A DNA stretch of 55,960 nt, filler included, from Catajapyx aquilonaris (lineage: Eukaryota), in the NCBI GenBank assembly GCA_000934665.2. It is 2 parts of 2 records of this genome, joined end to end, with 100 filler letters (N's around TTAATTAATTAA, not from the genome) between each part and the next. Parts side by side here need not be neighbours in the genome. Positions count along the whole stretch, not along the records: positions 27,976 to 55,960 come from JYFJ02004987.1; 1 more part is not named here. One strand, 5' to 3'. The position numbers were made by a program, and so were the translations under genes. Below, in pieces: positions 52,991 through 55,960 of this stretch. Position 1 is the first letter of the stretch; each line of letters begins with the position of its first letter. Under the pieces are notes generated by a model. The model was given only the letters and a program-made list of their open reading frames with translations. It did no database searches and was not told the DNA's origin.

Positions 52991-53580
52991 GATGATAGAA
53001 GAAACTTACACGTACTGCGGGAAGTACCGTATCGAAATAATACCAGTATTTTTCATCGGAGACGACCGGTTTTATATGATGAACATATTTTTTTTCTGTA
53101 GCGTTAGTGGCTCATATTAATATAGTAGGACGTTTTTAGATATAATATTATCTAAATTATAATTTTATACCAGGGGAAAAGGCCCGATCCGGAGAGTACA
53201 GTTGGTGGGATTAGTCATGCCTGGTAAAGCTGGGGGTATCAATCAAGTGTTTCGCATTTTTACACTTTGTAATGTACATCCGCAGTGCCTCTGGCATTTG
53301 ATGTGAGTCATTCAGAACACTCACGGTTCAAAGTGTACAACAGTATAAATGAACATTTCGCATATTGCTCCTGCTCCGTAAGTTATGCACTGGCATGAAC
53401 ACACAGGCTGGCATTTTCATCCCTTACAGACCCGCCCGTGTTTTATGTAATATTTTGCACCGGTAGGCTATAGCAAACGTGTAGCCCACGAAATGTGAAC
53501 TATTTTTTGTGAAAGTAAAGCCTGGTTCTTTTGGCACTTCGGCGCAGATGGTATAGTATTTTCTTTATCTAAAAAGTACG
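52991..53580. promoter_or_regulatory. Probable divergent promoter region IRP1 / SLC25A44
   Basis: IRP1 ATG at 52990 (minus). Candidate SLC25A44 5'UTR exon donor acg|gtaagt at 53580 and acceptor ttttgcag at 54330. CpG content is raised. Confidence 0.4.
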
Positions 53581-54346
53581 GTAAGTTTACTTTTTTGCTG
53601 ATATACGGTAGTTTTAAAAATTGCTTATCTTTTTAATAAACATCGGTTCACTAGCCTAGTCACACAAGACAAAGGTGCAATTTTTTGTCATCTTTTGCTT
53701 CGTTGCACTCGTAAAGTTCGGGATTATGATGAATTAAAATTACTGATATACGATCAGGTTTAATGTCAACGTTATATATTGCAACAACCAATGTACTGTA
53801 AGAGAGCCAGTTTTCTTGCATAGGAATTCTAGGCAGCACAATATAATTCCATTTTAAATAACGCAAGAGCGCGCAAGAGTTACCGTACCTATTGTTGAAT
53901 CACGCGCTAATAGTTCGACCAGGCAAAACTGCTCCATAATAATTACATTAATTTAACCCAATATCTAGCATTTAATAGTAATTTTAGCAAATTAAATGAA
54001 TTTAAACTTCTGTTTATGTTATTAAAACGTTTACCATTTTAATTGGATGTTGGCAACTCTGATAAGTTGAAGAGGCAATGGCCGCCTGGTAGCTGGCATG
54101 TGCAGGACACCGCCTCTGATTATCTGGTGTACCATCACGAACCCAAGTGAATTTTTACGTGCTTACCAGGTGGGCCTCATGTCCAACATTTTGCCCAGAA
54201 TTTGTCTGGAGGGTACCATGAGAGGTGCTCTGGTTGCTCTGGGAAGGACTAGGTTTCCCTGTACTTATGAGACATGATTTTTGAAAGAAGCATGAATGCC
54301 GAATTATCTAAAAGTACTTTAATTTTGCAGCTGTCTACCAACCAAA

Positions 54347-55229
54347 ATGTCAGAACGGATTAAGAAAGTGGGGACGCGTTCAAGACAACTGGACTTTCGC
54401 AACATTGAGTGGGACATGATGGACAAGAGGCTTTTTTATCCTATGAGTATGCTCAGCACATTCACAGTGAGGTGCTTTCTTTACCCGTTTACCGTTGTAA
54501 AGACTCGCCTTCAGATCCAGCACCAGAGTGAAGTGTACAGAGGAACCTTTGATGCCTACAAGAAGATCCTCAGGGACGAAGGTGTGCGGGGCCTGTATCG
54601 GGGGTTTTGGGTCAGCGCGTTCCAAATAGTGTCCAGCGTCTTTTATATCACGACATATGAGAATGTACGTCAATTCCTTCGAGATCGAGAAGTGGGTAAC
54701 AATGAATTTCAAGCGCTGATTGGTGGGGCATGTGCTTCTGTGGTTGGTCAGACTACCATTGTGCCCTTCGATGTGATTAGCCAGCATGTGATGGTATTAG
54801 GCCAGGCTAACAGGAACTCCAAAAATGTGAATGCCACTGTGGTTAACCCATTAAAAGTCCGCTACCAGGGTCGCAGTAGTGCTGAAATCACCAGGGAGAT
54901 AATACGTGCCATTCATCGTCAGGATGGACTACGAGGATTTTACCGAGGTTACTTCACCTCTTTGGGTACATATGTGCCAAATAGTGCTCTATGGTGGGCC
55001 TTCTACCACTTCTATCAAGGTAATGCACTGACTGGGAGTTATGCTCTTCGGTATGTTGCCATACCCCTAATTGCATTGAAACGTGTCATTTTCAATTTCA
55101 GACCAGCTGTACAAAGTTACGCCTATGGGGACATCACATCTGTTGGTACAGTGCACTTCCGCCACCTTAGGAGGAGCAACTGCTGCCTTGATTACCAACC
55201 CATTGGACATTGTTCGTGCTAGGTTGCAG
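54347..55229 (+). CDS. SLC25A44: Mitochondrial carrier SLC25A44-like (5' part; continues beyond the window)
   Basis: Exons 54347-55019 and 55102-55229. IEWDMMDK..FYPMSMLSTFTVRCFLYPFTVVKTRLQIQ, VPFDVISQH, YVPNSALWWAFY and TNPLDIVRARLQ are carrier repeats typical of SLC25A44. Confidence 0.92.
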
Positions 55230-55590
55230 GTATATTATTAGCATGAATGCAAACTAGGTGTATTGTAGGGTTAACTTCTAACATTCTGCAAAAGTTTCCT
55301 GCCCACAACTTCCATTCCAACTTAACCATTGCCTTTGAGCAAGGGCAAATTCAGGCTCTGCTAGACTATTGTAGTGATAGTGGGATGACATAATTCAAAT
55401 GCTGTATGAGCAGATTTCTGAGGCTATTATTCCCAGTGACGTAGACTGGTTTGTGCCAGCCCTATAGGAATAGATTGAAAATAAATAATCCTGGGATTCA
55501 GGGGTTTTGCGCACAACTTCATTGACTATATTGGACTGGAATCCTCAGTAACATTGAAGATGGATGATGTGACAGCATTTAAATCGGAGT

Positions 55591-55680
55591 GTAGTGAAAC
55601 CTCGATTCATAATTTTTGTCGGGACCCCTGAAGAAAACCATGGATACAGGAAAATGATGGATTCGGAAAAACGATACATT
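55591..55680 (+). mobile_element. Possible pogo/Tigger-like TIR remnant
   Basis: tagtgaaacctcgattc... resembles the Tigger-type cagtgaaacctcg terminus. Confidence 0.3.
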
Positions 55681-55759
55681 TGGGAATGATTGAATAAAGG
55701 TTTTACTGCACATTATAATGTTCAGAAGATTTTGGCAAGCCAATGACCCTTACGGAAAT

Positions 55760-55960
55760 TAATCACTGGTAATCACTGGCAGTGATAATTATACTGACCA
55801 GTGCTTCAGTGATAAATTGGCCAGTGATTAAATCACTGGCAGTGATTGAAACACTAGTAGGCTAGTGATTAAATCACTGGCAGTGATTGAAACACTAGTA
55901 GGCTAGTGATTAAATCACTGGCAGTGATTGAAACACTAGTAGGCTAGTGATTAAATCACT
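55760..55960. repeat. 41-bp tandem repeat running off the window end
   Basis: gtgattaaatcactggcagtgattgaaacactagtaggcta at 55824, 55865, 55906 and 55947 (partial), with degenerate subunits from ~55760. Confidence 0.9.

Noticed and set aside
53270..53300. Possible iron-responsive element (CAGTGC) near the IRP1/SLC25A44 promoter
   Set aside because: The flanks atccg / ctctg do not form the required 5-bp upper stem.

Overview
Eukaryotic, intron-containing animal genomic DNA, most likely an arthropod and probably a hexapod (judged from SINE body type, RTE/Helentron/MITE content and gene style; the species cannot be determined). Four spliced genes can be reconstructed from GT-AG junctions: coatomer alpha (COPA, minus, 9 coding exons, ~1233 aa); a divergent L-gulonolactone-oxidase/ALO-family flavoprotein (plus, 5 exons, ~461 aa) head-to-head with COPA; cytosolic aconitase/iron regulatory protein 1 (minus, 18 coding exons, ~894 aa); and the 5' part of mitochondrial carrier SLC25A44 (plus) head-to-head with IRP1. 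The 9.9-kb first intron of COPA holds two small opposite-strand spliced genes: a secreted Tyr/Pro/Gln-rich protein with a Thr/Ser tail, and a single-pass membrane microprotein. Two convergent, decayed F-box/LRR genes lie between the oxidase and IRP1. The rest is dense with mobile elements (RTE 3' end, young 5'-truncated LINE with 19-bp TSD, tRNA-derived SINEs, a Helentron-like element, many foldback MITEs). An artificial N44-TTAATTAATTAA-N44 linker at 27876-27975 means contiguity across that point is not guaranteed. Most notable: the GULO-like gene keeps an intact reading frame but has lost the covalent-FAD His and HWxK motifs; a MITE carries inward-facing tRNA-Met-like heads inside both TIRs; and the two nested genes. 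All calls come from reading the sequence by eye, with no database searches.
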